Counted from the first letter of the stretch, positions 1 to 9,060 are shown. The stretch: 32,000 nucleotides of DNA from Desulfocapsa sulfexigens DSM 10523 (GCF_000341395.1 NC_020304.1:810001-842000), one strand, 5' to 3'. Notes: generated by a model from the letters alone, not told the origin. A program made the numbers and translations.

Positions 1-29
1 ACGATGATGCGCAAAAGTCCTGTTTTCAT
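1..29 (-). CDS. First 9 codons of a gene translationally coupled to the VIT-vWA gene. By synteny of dedicated-sortase loci it is expected to be the class GN (marine proteobacterial type) sortase.
   Basis: The ATG at 29..27 overlaps the TGA at 28..26 of the preceding minus-strand gene (ATGA). It reads MKTGLLRII and runs off the window. The identity is contextual only. Confidence 0.3.
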
Positions 30-2159
30 GCCCGCTGCCTCCTTCCCCAAAACAGAAATAAAAACGCAATAAGCAGCAGAAAGGCCCCAATAACAATTTG
101 AAGCTGAGCAGGAGTCGCTGTTTTCGCAGTACCACCAAATATTTTCTGTGCCTGCCAGCCATGGGGAAGATTGCTTCTCAGGGCTGACTGACGAAGATCT
201 TCTTCAGGAGGACGTGACACTTCTTTTTCAACTGCCACCAGACTGGTATAACGACTGACCAGATGATGGGCCAATGCGGTATTCAGCACTTCCCTCCGAA
301 CATCCTCCTCCATTGCCCCAAGCGCCAGAGAATCCATCAGGGAACGAATCTTCTTTCTTGCCCAGAGTGTTGCAATCCCGGGCCTCTCTGCAAGTTTCTG
401 CAAGTCCACTTGTTCCTGCCACAGATCAAGACCGAGATGACCACTGATACTCAGGACCTCCTGTTCATTTCCTTCCGGTATCTTCAGAGAAACCACCAGG
501 GGCTCTCCCGCATAGAGGTCCGCAATGGGATTTGGATAACCCAGCAAAGACTTACCACTGCTGTTTTTCACCGCGATATCGGTGATCGCAGGATGCTCCA
601 GTTTCTGAAACAACCGGGCCATCTTTTCCTCCACTTCACTCGTCTTTCCGATATAGGTATAACTCCCCCGCCCCATACCAGCTGCCCGTGACATAAAGTA
701 GGAATTGGGAGCAGAACCGATGCCAACAGTAAAGAGACGGGAATCACCAAGCCGCGAGGCAATCATGGCAAGGAGTTCTTTTTCATTTCCAACACTGCCA
801 TCGGTGAGAAACATAACCTGACGGATGCGCTCATGATTCTTTCTTCCATCAAGTGCCAGATCCAGTGCCCTGGCAATCTCGGTGCCCCCTTCAGCCTTGA
901 GAGAACTGACAAACCTGATCGCCTTTTTCCGGTGTTCTGCATCGGCCGCTTCGGCGTGGTCAAATAACCTCCTGGAATCGGAATTAAATTCAATCACGTT
1001 GAAACGATCATGTTCGCTGAGACGTGAAATGGCGAGAATCAACGCTTCCCGTGCCTGGACAATTGAAGGGCCGGCCATAGATCCCGAGGTATCCAGCACA
1101 AAGACAACCTCCCTTGGAGGTGCCTGCCCGGTAAGATCAAGGGTCGGGGGACTGAGCATCATCAACAGATAGGTATCACCGCCATGTTTTTCGCTGAAAA
1201 GTGCTGCATGGGGATGATACTGTTGTGCCGCCTCCCATTCGAGAACAAAATCACGATCCGCCTTCACACTACCATCAAAGTGAAGCACCTTCACATCTCT
1301 CTCTTTGTCTTCCACGGTTATACCATGATAGAGACTCTCAAGCCTGGACACAGGAAATCCTGCAGCCAGTTCAACCATAAGACGAACTGGATTCTGCTGT
1401 CTATCTGATGCAACGGGAGGTGTGATTCGTGATGCGTCGGGAACCCGATCGGTATCCATGGCCCAGCCCGTACCACTAAACTGAATTGTCCCCACATCGC
1501 TATCCGCCATCAAAGGCCTTCCAGGGATATAACGTGGTCCAACCACCATGGGAAAGCGAAGGGAAAACACCCCATTGCTCAAAGCCACCACCTGCTGGAA
1601 CTGGATTTCAACCTCTATCTCTTCACCGGGAGGAATATTGGCAACGGCCATTGTGAAAATATTTGCTCGTTCCTGAGAGAGAAGAGAGGCCTTCTTTCCC
1701 TCTTTTTTTTGCCTTTTCGTACACCTTTTTTGCTTCTTCTTTCTCCCTTATCTCTCCTTCGATTAACCTTTCGCCAATTTTCATTCGCAGCTGATCCACA
1801 GCAGATTCATCTGGCAGAGGAAAAACATAAATCGCCTCCTGCCACCGATCCGTGTTATTGGCAAAGCGTTGCCGAACCATGGTTCTTGCCGTCATGGCGC
1901 TTATATATATCTCCACATCCTGTGAAAGCTGTGGTGCAGCTTCATATTTTCCTTCATTACCACTCGCAGCAAAGAGCAAAGAACCCTGCTGCACATCCGA
2001 CAGAATTACTTCTCTGTTTGCCACGGAATCCAAAGCCGCATAGCCATCTGCTACCATGGATAGAAGAATAATAACCATCACCAATCCCACATACACGACG
2101 AAGAGCGTATTCCCCGGATCCAGTGCTGTTCTTCTTCTGTCATCTTTCCTGTTGGCCAT
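26..2159 (-). pseudogene. Marine-proteobacterial sortase target protein (TM anchor + VIT + vWA + C-terminal sorting-signal-like tail), interrupted by a 1-nt frameshift
   Basis: The minus-strand ORFs 2204..1623 and 1651..26 are two halves of one gene. The upstream half ends in VIT sequence (..AIYVFPLPDESAVDQLRMKIGERLIEGEIREKEEAKKVYEKAKK). The second frame continues the VIT domain without a stop (GKKASLLSQERANIFTMAVANIPPGEEIEVEIQF). It then carries a vWA MIDAS motif (VFVLDTSGSMAG) and a tail of KTAT, a hydrophobic helix and RRQRA. The frame switch falls in the T8 run at 1703..1710 (A8 on the coding strand). Deleting one A gives an ORF of about 710 aa. I placed the start at ATG 2159 (AGGAGA 6 nt upstream). 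GTG 2204 is the alternative. Confidence 0.75.
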
Positions 2160-2222
2160 TTGTCTCTCCTGTCTCGTAATAAATTGCACAAATCCTCTTT
2201 TCACTGTCCCTCAATAAAGTCC

Positions 2223-2287
2223 ATGACAATGACAAATGAAGGAGAGAACAATGACTTTTCACCTTTAAAAAATGACACATTATGACA
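2223..2287. promoter_or_regulatory. Five direct copies of ATGAC(A/T) in the divergent promoter region between the sortase-target gene and the pdsR-like gene; candidate response-regulator boxes
   Basis: ATGACA occurs at 2223, 2229, 2272 and 2282, and ATGACT at 2251. The spacings are 6, 22, 21 and 10 nt. OmpR-family regulators bind direct repeats phased by helical turns. Confidence 0.35.
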
Positions 2288-2364
2288 AAATGCATCCGAT
2301 GATGGCCAGATGTAACTATTTGTGCTAAGAGAGGGGTGAGTAAGAGCTTAACTCGTGGAGAAAA

Positions 2365-3066
2365 ATGACATACACAATAGCCCTGGTAGAAGATGACGAG
2401 GCCCTGCGCAATAACTACGCCCAGGCCCTGATACGTGACGGTTACCAGGTAAACAGCTATGATTCAAGAGCTGAGGCGAGTAGCGCCTTTGCAAGCAAAC
2501 TTCCCGATCTTGCAATCCTTGATGTGATGCTTCACGATGAAATGGAGGGAGGATTTGAGCTCTGCCGGGAACTGCGGAACCTGTCCCCCACTCTCCCCAT
2601 CATCTTTCTCACTGCCAGAAACTCTGACCTGGATCGCGTTTCCGGTCTTCGCCTTGGTGCCTGGGATTACCTCACCAAAGACACCACCACTCTTGACTTT
2701 CTTCCGGTACGTATCTCGGCTCTTTTCAAGATGTTGGAAGCCATTGCAGGAACAGCAACTCGCCGGGATGAGACTGTTGTCGTTCACGGTTCGCTTCGTA
2801 TCGAGGAGGAACGGAAACAGATTTACTGGAAAGATAAACAGATCAGCCTGACTCTCACGGAATTCTGGATTTTAACTGCCCTTGTTCGAAGGCCTGGTCA
2901 CGTAAAATCACATGACCAGCTTATGGCTGCGGCAAACGTGGTGGTCACCAATAACGCCATCGCTGCCCATGTGAGAAGAATCAGGGAAAAATTTCGTGAA
3001 ACAGACCCTGAATTTGATGCCATCAGTGCCGAGTATGGAATGGGATATCGCTGGATTGAGCGGTAG
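2365..3066 (+). CDS. pdsR: OmpR/PhoB-family response regulator; by context the dedicated sortase system regulator (PdsR-like)
   Basis: The 233-aa product has a REC domain (VEDDE.., LAILDVML, FLTAR, DYLTKD) and a winged-helix output domain (LTLTEFWILTALVRRPGHVKSHDQL .. GYRW). It is divergent from the sortase-target gene and has no adjacent kinase. Confidence 0.8.
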   Translation: MTYTIALVEDDEALRNNYAQALIRDGYQVNSYDSRAEASSAFASKLPDLAILDVMLHDEMEGGFELCRELRNLSPTLPIIFLTARNSDLDRVSGLRLGAWDYLTKDTTTLDFLPVRISALFKMLEAIAGTATRRDETVVVHGSLRIEEERKQIYWKDKQISLTLTEFWILTALVRRPGHVKSHDQLMAAANVVVTNNAIAAHVRRIREKFRETDPEFDAISAEYGMGYRWIER

Positions 3067-3095
3067 GGTTTTCTAATTCAGGCCATATATTATAA

Positions 3096-3109
3096 TTCAA
3101 GCGCTTGAA
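3096..3109 (+). terminator. Perfect 14-nt palindrome TTCAAGCGCTTGAA 30 nt after the pdsR-like stop, followed by a T-rich stretch; weak terminator or operator candidate
   Basis: The sequence is self-complementary by direct reading. ATTCTGTCTTATTTT follows it. Confidence 0.25.
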
Positions 3110-3399
3110 ATTCTGTCTTATTTTCCTCCGACCTCAGGTGTGAAATCTATTTTTTTCTGTTCGCTGTGTCCACTTGCCACCAAAACTCTGCAACCTTGAT
3201 TATTGACTCAATCTTTTTTTAATTACGTATATTCAGGAATAAGGTTAAATTCCAGTTTTGACAAATTGTTAAATATTACCAGTGCTCTCCTCTTACGGAA
3301 AGCGCAACTCTAAACTCTGCACAATGAGGTCCACTTGCATATTGGGAAGGCGGTTGTTATTATATTCTTACACGTAGCGAAGAGAACAGCTTTCAACTT

Positions 3400-3639
3400 A
3401 TGGAGAATATTATGGAACGTGTTGAACTGCCTTTGGCGGAGTACTCATTCGAACAAAAACTCGATCTGCTGGAAACTCTCTGGGATGACTTGGTAAAAAA
3501 TGATACTGTTTTTAAATCACCTGCTTGGCATGAGGAAATTCTCAAAGAACGTGAACAGGCTTTAAGTTCAGGGAAGATAAAGGTCTCTGACTGGGGAGAA
3601 GCTAAAAAAAGGATCAGAAGGAATGTTTCGTGCGGGTAG
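3400..3639 (+). CDS. Antitoxin, putative addiction module component (TIGR02574-like)
   Basis: The 79-aa product contains ..SFEQKLDLLETLWDDL.. and ..PAWHEEILKEREQAL... Its stop at 3637..3639 overlaps the GTG start of the downstream toxin gene. Confidence 0.7.
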   Translation: MENIMERVELPLAEYSFEQKLDLLETLWDDLVKNDTVFKSPAWHEEILKEREQALSSGKIKVSDWGEAKKRIRRNVSCG

Positions 3640-3926
3640 AAATTACAGACCTCGCTGAAAAGGACCTTGAACAAGGATATCTTTTTTATGAACAGCAACA
3701 GTTCGGACTTGGCACCTACTTCCTTGATGCACTTTACTCTGATATTGATTCCCTGTGTTTCTACGGCGGCATTCATTTAAAATTATGGGGATACCATCGC
3801 TTACTGTCCAAACATTTTCCTTTTGCCGTATATTACAGTGTGGCTGAAGACACTGTCCTCGTTATAGCGGTGCTTGATTGTCGTCGAAATCCAAGCTGGA
3901 TCAGGAAGAAATTAAAGGCACTATGA
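3630..3926 (+). CDS. RelE/ParE-family toxin
   Basis: The 98-aa product starts at a GTG that overlaps the antitoxin stop. Its N-terminus (VEITDLAEKDLEQGYLFYEQQ) and C-terminus (YYSVAEDTVLVIAVLDCRRNP) are typical of the family. Confidence 0.75.
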   Translation: MRVEITDLAEKDLEQGYLFYEQQQFGLGTYFLDALYSDIDSLCFYGGIHLKLWGYHRLLSKHFPFAVYYSVAEDTVLVIAVLDCRRNPSWIRKKLKAL

Positions 3927-4210
3927 CTTTGTTACAGGAGTGTTCGGCCAAACATCCTCCTGAAAAGCTTCTTCTCCTAAGGTGCAGTTTCACTTCGGTG
4001 ATTCTGTTTTTTCTGTTTCTCCCCTCTACAATCAATAGCCATTACTAAGGTCTTCCGTTTTACATAATTCTAAAACATTACATTGCTACTATATATACGT
4101 AATAACATACATACATAACGATCATACTTTATTATCAATAACTGTCAGATTAGGTGATTGCCGCTGCTCTGGGACCAACCGAATCTCCAAAAAGCTATAA
4201 AGTTCTTTGA

Positions 4211-4360
4211 TCAGTGATGTTTGATGCCTTGGCTGCAAGCCCTAAACATTTTATAAGACGTGGACAGATGGCACTCAAGTATAAAATTGGTATCTTAAAC
4301 TATTTTGCACATCGTACCACCATTGGTTCTGTCGAGGACATTCTCCATAAAATCAGTTAA
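4211..4360 (+). mobile_element. C-terminal remnant of an ISL3-like transposase gene
   Basis: The open frame reads ..FIRRGQMALKYKIGILNYFAHRTTIGSVEDILHKIS*. This matches the ISL3-family signature (..W..EILNYF.HR.TNG..EG.N.KIK..). Only about 50 codons survive, with no intact upstream transposase body. Confidence 0.4.
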
Positions 4361-4370
4361 CCGGATAAAC

Positions 4371-6449
4371 CTATTTTTTCCCTGAAAGAAATAGTTTTTC
4401 AGAGGACTTAAGAAGATTTTTCCTGCCAAAGAGAGTGACTATATCACCGGCAGCAAAAGATGTAGTACCATGGGGGATATGTAAAACTCCCTCTCTATCC
4501 AGTGAGACCACATTTATGGAACCTGGGAGGTGTAATTCTTTGATGTTTTTTCCAACTGCGTAAGCCCCTGCCTTCAAACGAAATTCTGTAAAATCATTGT
4601 ACTGCTCCCGTCGTAACGTAGTCTGTTCCTCAAGCAACTGACCCCGTTGTTTACGCACAATACCAACATCATAGGCCCTTAAAATATCACTACGACTTAT
4701 CAGCCCAAGGAGCTTGTTTTTTGATTTTCTTGAAACAACCGGTAATCTCGCAAGATCTCTTGGAGCCATCTTCTGAATAGCTGTATAGATAGGCTCATCT
4801 GAGAACACCGTCAATGGGTCAACCGTTGCAAGATCTTCAACCTTTAATGTTCGAAGATTCACAGCTTCCGCTGATAAAGCCCTTTCCATATCTTGGAGAG
4901 TAACGATTCCCCAAAGTTCATCATTCTCATCAAGCACTGGAAAGCCAAGAAGGTTTGTTTCCTGGAAACGCTGATACAGCTCTGCAAGGCTCTGATTCTT
5001 ATAAATGGTCAGTGGTGAGCGCAGCATGACCTCACGCACCTGTACCCCCTGCATGATATCCTTATCGCGTCCCTGGTCAAAACGTATGCCACGTTTTACG
5101 AGCTTCACCGTATAAATGGATTCCGGATGCAGATACTGGGCAAGATAGGTAGCAGTAACCGCGGTGAGCATAAGTGGCAGGATGAGTGCGTAATCATTGC
5201 TCATTTCAAAAACAATAAGCATTGCAGTCAGCGGAGCGCGGGCACAGGCAGCAAAAACTGCAGCCATACCGACAAGGGCATAGGCACCTGGAGGTCCTGC
5301 AAGCTCTGGCTGCCAGGCAAAAAAAAGTTCTCCCATGGCCCCACCAAGCATTGCGCCTATAAAAAGCGAAGGGGCAAAGACACCACCAGAGTTTCCAGAA
5401 CCAAGGGTCAAGGAGGTGGCAAGTGGCTTTAAGAGGACAAGAAGAGCCAAAATCCAGAAATCCGTACCGCCATGCAACACCTCTTCAATAAAAGTAAATC
5501 CCGGTCCATAAACATGGGGAATATTTTCAATAAGCGGCATTCCCAACTGGAATTCGGTGGGATTACTAAAACTGGTATTGGTAAAGTTAATATAGAAAAC
5601 ACCAAGCAATCCAAGAAACAGAGCACCAACAGCAGGTTTCCACAGGAGAGGAAAATTCCAGTTATCAAAAACATCCTCAAACCAGGACAGCATTCGAATA
5701 AATGCTACACCGACGAGTGCGGCAACCAAGCCAAGAAGCAGATAAAAGAAAATGGTCAGGGGTGATTCCATTGTGTAGGACGGCACAGTAAAAGCCGGCC
5801 GGTCACCAAGATACATCTGACTGACCACAGCGGCAGAAACTGCTGCAATAACCACATTGCCAAAGGCACGGACCTTCAATTCACACATCAATACTTCAAT
5901 GGCAAAGGCAACACCTGCAATGGGAGCATTAAAAGTAGCTGCTATTCCTGCGGCGGCTCCACAGGCCACAAGGTTTTTTATACGGTCATCAGAGAGATGA
6001 AGAATCTGACCAACCGACGATCCAAGGGTGGCGCCAACTTGAACAATAGGTCCTTCACGTCCGGCTGATCCTCCGGTTCCGATACAGAGTGCAGAGGCAA
6101 CTATCTTTGCAATTGCGACACGTGGTCGAATCCTGCCTCCACTCATAACGAGTGCCTGCATAACTTCCGGCACCCCGTGCCCCTTTGCTTCACGGGCAAA
6201 CCAGGCTATTACAGGTCCAGCCAGCAAAGCCCCGCCGATTGGCACCAGGGCATAACTCCAGATGCCAAGATGAGGGAAGAGGAAGTGGACTGTGGTATAG
6301 GATCTGTTCTGGATAATTGCAATAAGATGGATAAAAGCCACGGCCGCAAGCCCTGTGGAGCCACCAATAATAACAGAGAGAGTCAGCAGCAACAATCCTT
6401 CGGGAGGAGTTGTTTTATCAAGAAGTGCACCAAAAGGGTTACGTTTCAT
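4371..6449 (-). CDS. ClC-family chloride channel / H+-Cl- antiporter with a C-terminal CBS pair and TrkA-C domain
   Basis: The 692-aa product has the ClC selectivity motifs GHGVPEV, SAGREGPIVQ and GVFAPSLFIGA. It has many TM helices, two CBS-like segments, and a TrkA-C-like end (AVGKNIKELHLPGSINVVSLDREG..AGDIVTLFG). Confidence 0.9.
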   Translation of the reverse strand: MKRNPFGALLDKTTPPEGLLLLTLSVIIGGSTGLAAVAFIHLIAIIQNRSYTTVHFLFPHLGIWSYALVPIGGALLAGPVIAWFAREAKGHGVPEVMQALVMSGGRIRPRVAIAKIVASALCIGTGGSAGREGPIVQVGATLGSSVGQILHLSDDRIKNLVACGAAAGIAATFNAPIAGVAFAIEVLMCELKVRAFGNVVIAAVSAAVVSQMYLGDRPAFTVPSYTMESPLTIFFYLLLGLVAALVGVAFIRMLSWFEDVFDNWNFPLLWKPAVGALFLGLLGVFYINFTNTSFSNPTEFQLGMPLIENIPHVYGPGFTFIEEVLHGGTDFWILALLVLLKPLATSLTLGSGNSGGVFAPSLFIGAMLGGAMGELFFAWQPELAGPPGAYALVGMAAVFAACARAPLTAMLIVFEMSNDYALILPLMLTAVTATYLAQYLHPESIYTVKLVKRGIRFDQGRDKDIMQGVQVREVMLRSPLTIYKNQSLAELYQRFQETNLLGFPVLDENDELWGIVTLQDMERALSAEAVNLRTLKVEDLATVDPLTVFSDEPIYTAIQKMAPRDLARLPVVSRKSKNKLLGLISRSDILRAYDVGIVRKQRGQLLEEQTTLRREQYNDFTEFRLKAGAYAVGKNIKELHLPGSINVVSLDREGVLHIPHGTTSFAAGDIVTLFGRKNLLKSSEKLFLSGKK

Positions 6450-7116
6450 ACCACTTACTACCTTGCCTGGTAAATCTGGCCATGATGGCAGTTCATAGTT
6501 ACTACCTGGCCACTTTTCAGTTTCTCAATGGCACCCTTTACCCCTGTAATAACAGGAATATTTTTTTCCCGGCCAACAATTGCTGCATGCGATGTGAGCC
6601 CCGGTTGTTCGGTGATAATTCCAGCTGCGCCACTTAATTTGTCCAGCATATAATTATCGGTATAGCAGGCAACAAGAATATTCCCGACTTTAAATCCATC
6701 AAGGCTGTGGGGGTCTCCTATTACAGTGACCTCTGCCGTAACTGTTTCCTTGCCAATCCCCTGACCATGGAGGTTAATGTCTCCCACCTCATGGATCTTC
6801 AGCATATTGGTGGATCCACTTATTTTAAATGGAATGCCAGCAATAATAACAATGGTATCCCCCGATTTCATCAGATCACTTTCCATGGCACGAATGATTG
6901 CATCGTCAAAAAGCTTATTGACCGATTCTTCGTCGGAAACTTCCAGAGGTCTCACCCCCCAGAGTAACTGCATCTGCCTCCTCACTGATGCCTCCGGGCT
7001 TGTAGCGATTATGGCCGGCTGGGGACGATGACGAGCCACCATCCGGGCGGTCTGGCCACTCTGAGTTGCAGCAAGGATGGCATGTGCCTGCAAGTCACTG
7101 GCAATGGCACAGGCGG
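6420..7116. repeat. Direct repeat copy A (first 10 ClC codons + pyk-ClC spacer + last ~219 codons of pyk)
   Basis: I aligned it by eye to 10516..11218. I found nine substitutions (copy A positions 6438, 6466, 6704, 6712, 6717, 6728, 6914, 7010, 7034) and a 6-nt indel in the spacer. Homology stops sharply after AGGCGG (7116 / 11218). Confidence 0.95.
6458..7116 (-). pseudogene. Truncated 3' copy of the pyruvate kinase gene (C-terminal domain + PEP-utilizer swivel domain), with no N-terminal body and no credible start
   Basis: The translation matches residues ~363-581 of the full pyk at 10560..12305 except for three changes (IGDPH vs IEDTH, and QAR vs QTR at the C-terminus). Upstream of 7116 the sequence is unrelated. 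The only start in the ORF track is a TTG with no SD. Confidence 0.85.
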
Positions 7117-7142
7117 GAATTATAGTTGTCGCTGACCAGCGG

Positions 7143-7670
7143 TTATTTCGGGGCGTATTTGTAAAGTTTTCTCTGCAGGGTTCTCCTGTGGATGCCTAAC
7201 ATTTTGGAGGCGCAGCTGATATTGTTGTCGCAGTCCGCGAGCACCCGCTGGATATGTTCCCACTCCACCCTGGCCAGCGAAGGGGGCAGGATTTCCTCTT
7301 CGGGGTATTCCTGTTGCTGGTTGTCGTCGGAAAAGGCCTTGAGGATTTCGTCCAGATCAGCGGGTTTGGCCAGATAGGCGACTGCCCCCAGGCGGATGGC
7401 CTCAGTGGCCGTGGCAATGGAACCGTACCCGGTAAGCACGACGATGCGCAGTTCCGGGGCTATGGCCAGGGCATCTTTGATCAGGGACAGGCCGCTTTTT
7501 CCCGACATCTTCAGGTCGATGACGGCCATGGCGGGATGCTCCTGCTCAATGACGGACATGGCTTCATCGTAACAGCGGGCAGTGCAGGTGGTGTACCCCC
7601 TGCGGATAAATGCTTGATTCAATCGTTCCCTGAAGAAGTCTTCGTCATCAACCAGTAAAATCTTTTCCAT
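7143..7670 (-). CDS. regA: RegA/PrrA/ActR-family redox response regulator (REC + Fis-type HTH)
   Basis: The 175-aa product has a REC domain (LLVDDE, AVIDLKM, VLTGYGS, YLAKP). Its C-terminal HTH reads NISCASKMLGIHRRTLQRKL. The gene overlaps the upstream kinase gene by 23 nt. Confidence 0.8.
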   Translation of the reverse strand: MEKILLVDDEDFFRERLNQAFIRRGYTTCTARCYDEAMSVIEQEHPAMAVIDLKMSGKSGLSLIKDALAIAPELRIVVLTGYGSIATATEAIRLGAVAYLAKPADLDEILKAFSDDNQQQEYPEEEILPPSLARVEWEHIQRVLADCDNNISCASKMLGIHRRTLQRKLYKYAPK

Positions 7671-9060
7671 TTGTTCTCCCTGCTGTCTGCCTGCTGTTGC
7701 AGTTCTTCCTGGCCATATGCAGGGACAGGGTCAACGTAACCCTGGTGCCCTGATCCGGCAGCGGCTCTATGGAAAGGCCGCCGCCGAACTGTTCTGCCAT
7801 GCTCCTGGCAAGGAACAGGCCGAGGCCGAGCCCGGTATCCTTGGTGCTGAAGAAGGGGTTACTGGTTTGGGCTTCCAGTCTTTTTTCAATTCCAGTACCT
7901 CTATCACAGACTTCAATACCCAGATGTCCTGCATTGGTAAACCAGCGCAGGGTAACCTTCTCATGGGGGGGCGAGGCCTCGAGTCCGTTCTTCACCAGAC
8001 CCTTGATCGTCCGGCACAATGAACGGAAGGGCATGGCGATATTCAAATCTTCCGGTACTGTATCTATCCGGAGCCGCTTTCGCTCTTCTTCCCGGAGCTC
8101 GGTCAGGATCTGCTCCACCACCTGCTGGATCGAAAAACTCCTGATCTCTTCACCCAAATGCCCGCCGGCACCAGCTGTCATCTGATAGAGGATCTCCTTA
8201 CACTCCGTCACCTGCCTTCTGATCAGACGGGCATCGTCGAGGAGTTCGCCTCTGTCTCCCAGTTGTTCCAGGGTATGGATCATCTCACAGGAGATGACGG
8301 CCACCGTGCTGAGAGGGGTGGCAAGTTCGTGGGCAGCTCCGGCGGCAAAGGTGGCCAGGCCCGCCAGGCGCTCATGACGTTGCCGTTCCTTTTCCAGAGA
8401 TTGGATCTTGAGGCGGTTTTCAGTGAGAGCCCTCTGGATTTTACTGACAAAAAAGACCACGAACAGAGAGGTGACGACAAAGGCCCCTCCCATTCCCTTC
8501 AGGTGGAGTTGAAATGAGCCTGTGAGGATGTCGATCCGCTGCAGATCAGCAGGAGCCATGGCATTGGTGCTGGAAAGTTCGGAGATAAAAGCCGGCGGGA
8601 AGAAGAAGAGCAGGCTGTAGCAGGCCAAAGTGGTCGCGGTGATCAGCCAGGAGCACTTCTCCCTGAGAATGATGGCCCCGGTGACGATATGAATCAGGTA
8701 GAGAAATACAAAGGGATTCATGGCACCGCCGGTGACGTGCAGGAGTCCGGTGAGGAGGATGGTATCCATTAGAAGAATGACCAGAATTGTCTGGTTGGAA
8801 ATCGGGGCGTTGCGGTGCTGCCTGAGGTGAAGGTAAAGATTGCCGGCCACCTCAAAGAGGATTATGGCGGCAACCGGCAGGAGGGGGATATTAATGTGCA
8901 TTACCATCCAAACTGAGAAAATGAGAACAATCTGGCAAAGTACTGCGCCCCAACGCAGGGCCAGGAGCCAGGGAAGGGCTACGCTGACCTGTTCTGTCTG
9001 AGCCTGGCGGATGATGGGTTTGATATGGGAAAAGAGCATGGGTTTTTGAAAGGTACGCAT
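7648..9060 (-). CDS. regB: RegB/PrrB-type membrane redox sensor histidine kinase
   Basis: The 470-aa product has about six TM helices. It has GGAMNPF (RegB GGxxNPF quinone-site motif), the H-box HELATPLSTV, a Cys downstream of the H-box (RRQVTECKEILYQM), and an HATPase domain (GLGLGLFLARS). Confidence 0.75.
   Translation of the reverse strand: MRTFQKPMLFSHIKPIIRQAQTEQVSVALPWLLALRWGAVLCQIVLIFSVWMVMHINIPLLPVAAIILFEVAGNLYLHLRQHRNAPISNQTILVILLMDTILLTGLLHVTGGAMNPFVFLYLIHIVTGAIILREKCSWLITATTLACYSLLFFFPPAFISELSSTNAMAPADLQRIDILTGSFQLHLKGMGGAFVVTSLFVVFFVSKIQRALTENRLKIQSLEKERQRHERLAGLATFAAGAAHELATPLSTVAVISCEMIHTLEQLGDRGELLDDARLIRRQVTECKEILYQMTAGAGGHLGEEIRSFSIQQVVEQILTELREEERKRLRIDTVPEDLNIAMPFRSLCRTIKGLVKNGLEASPPHEKVTLRWFTNAGHLGIEVCDRGTGIEKRLEAQTSNPFFSTKDTGLGLGLFLARSMAEQFGGGLSIEPLPDQGTRVTLTLSLHMARKNCNSRQTAGRTNGKDFTG

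Noticed and set aside
3393-3776. A 127-aa minus-strand ORF spans the toxin-antitoxin pair.
   Set aside because: It is antisense to two ORFs with recognisable TA family sequence and an overlapping stop/start. It has no features of its own.
4081-4140. A low-complexity ACAT/TATA-rich stretch (..tatatatacgtaataacatacatacataacg..) as a microsatellite or array.
   Set aside because: There are only two or three imperfect unit copies. It has no spacer/repeat organisation and no flanking structure.
6450-6457. A fluoride or other riboswitch could lie upstream of the ClC gene.
   Set aside because: Only 8 nt separate the ClC start from the preceding stop codon, so there is no room for a leader structure. 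The protein is a CBS-containing ClC and not obviously the fluoride-specific subtype.
6458-7093. The 211-aa ORF could be annotated as an independent PEP-utilizing-domain protein.
   Set aside because: It is a near-identical copy of the 3' part of pyk and is cut off abruptly at the repeat boundary. Its only start is a TTG that corresponds to an internal Leu codon of pyk, with no SD. I treat it as a pseudogene fragment.
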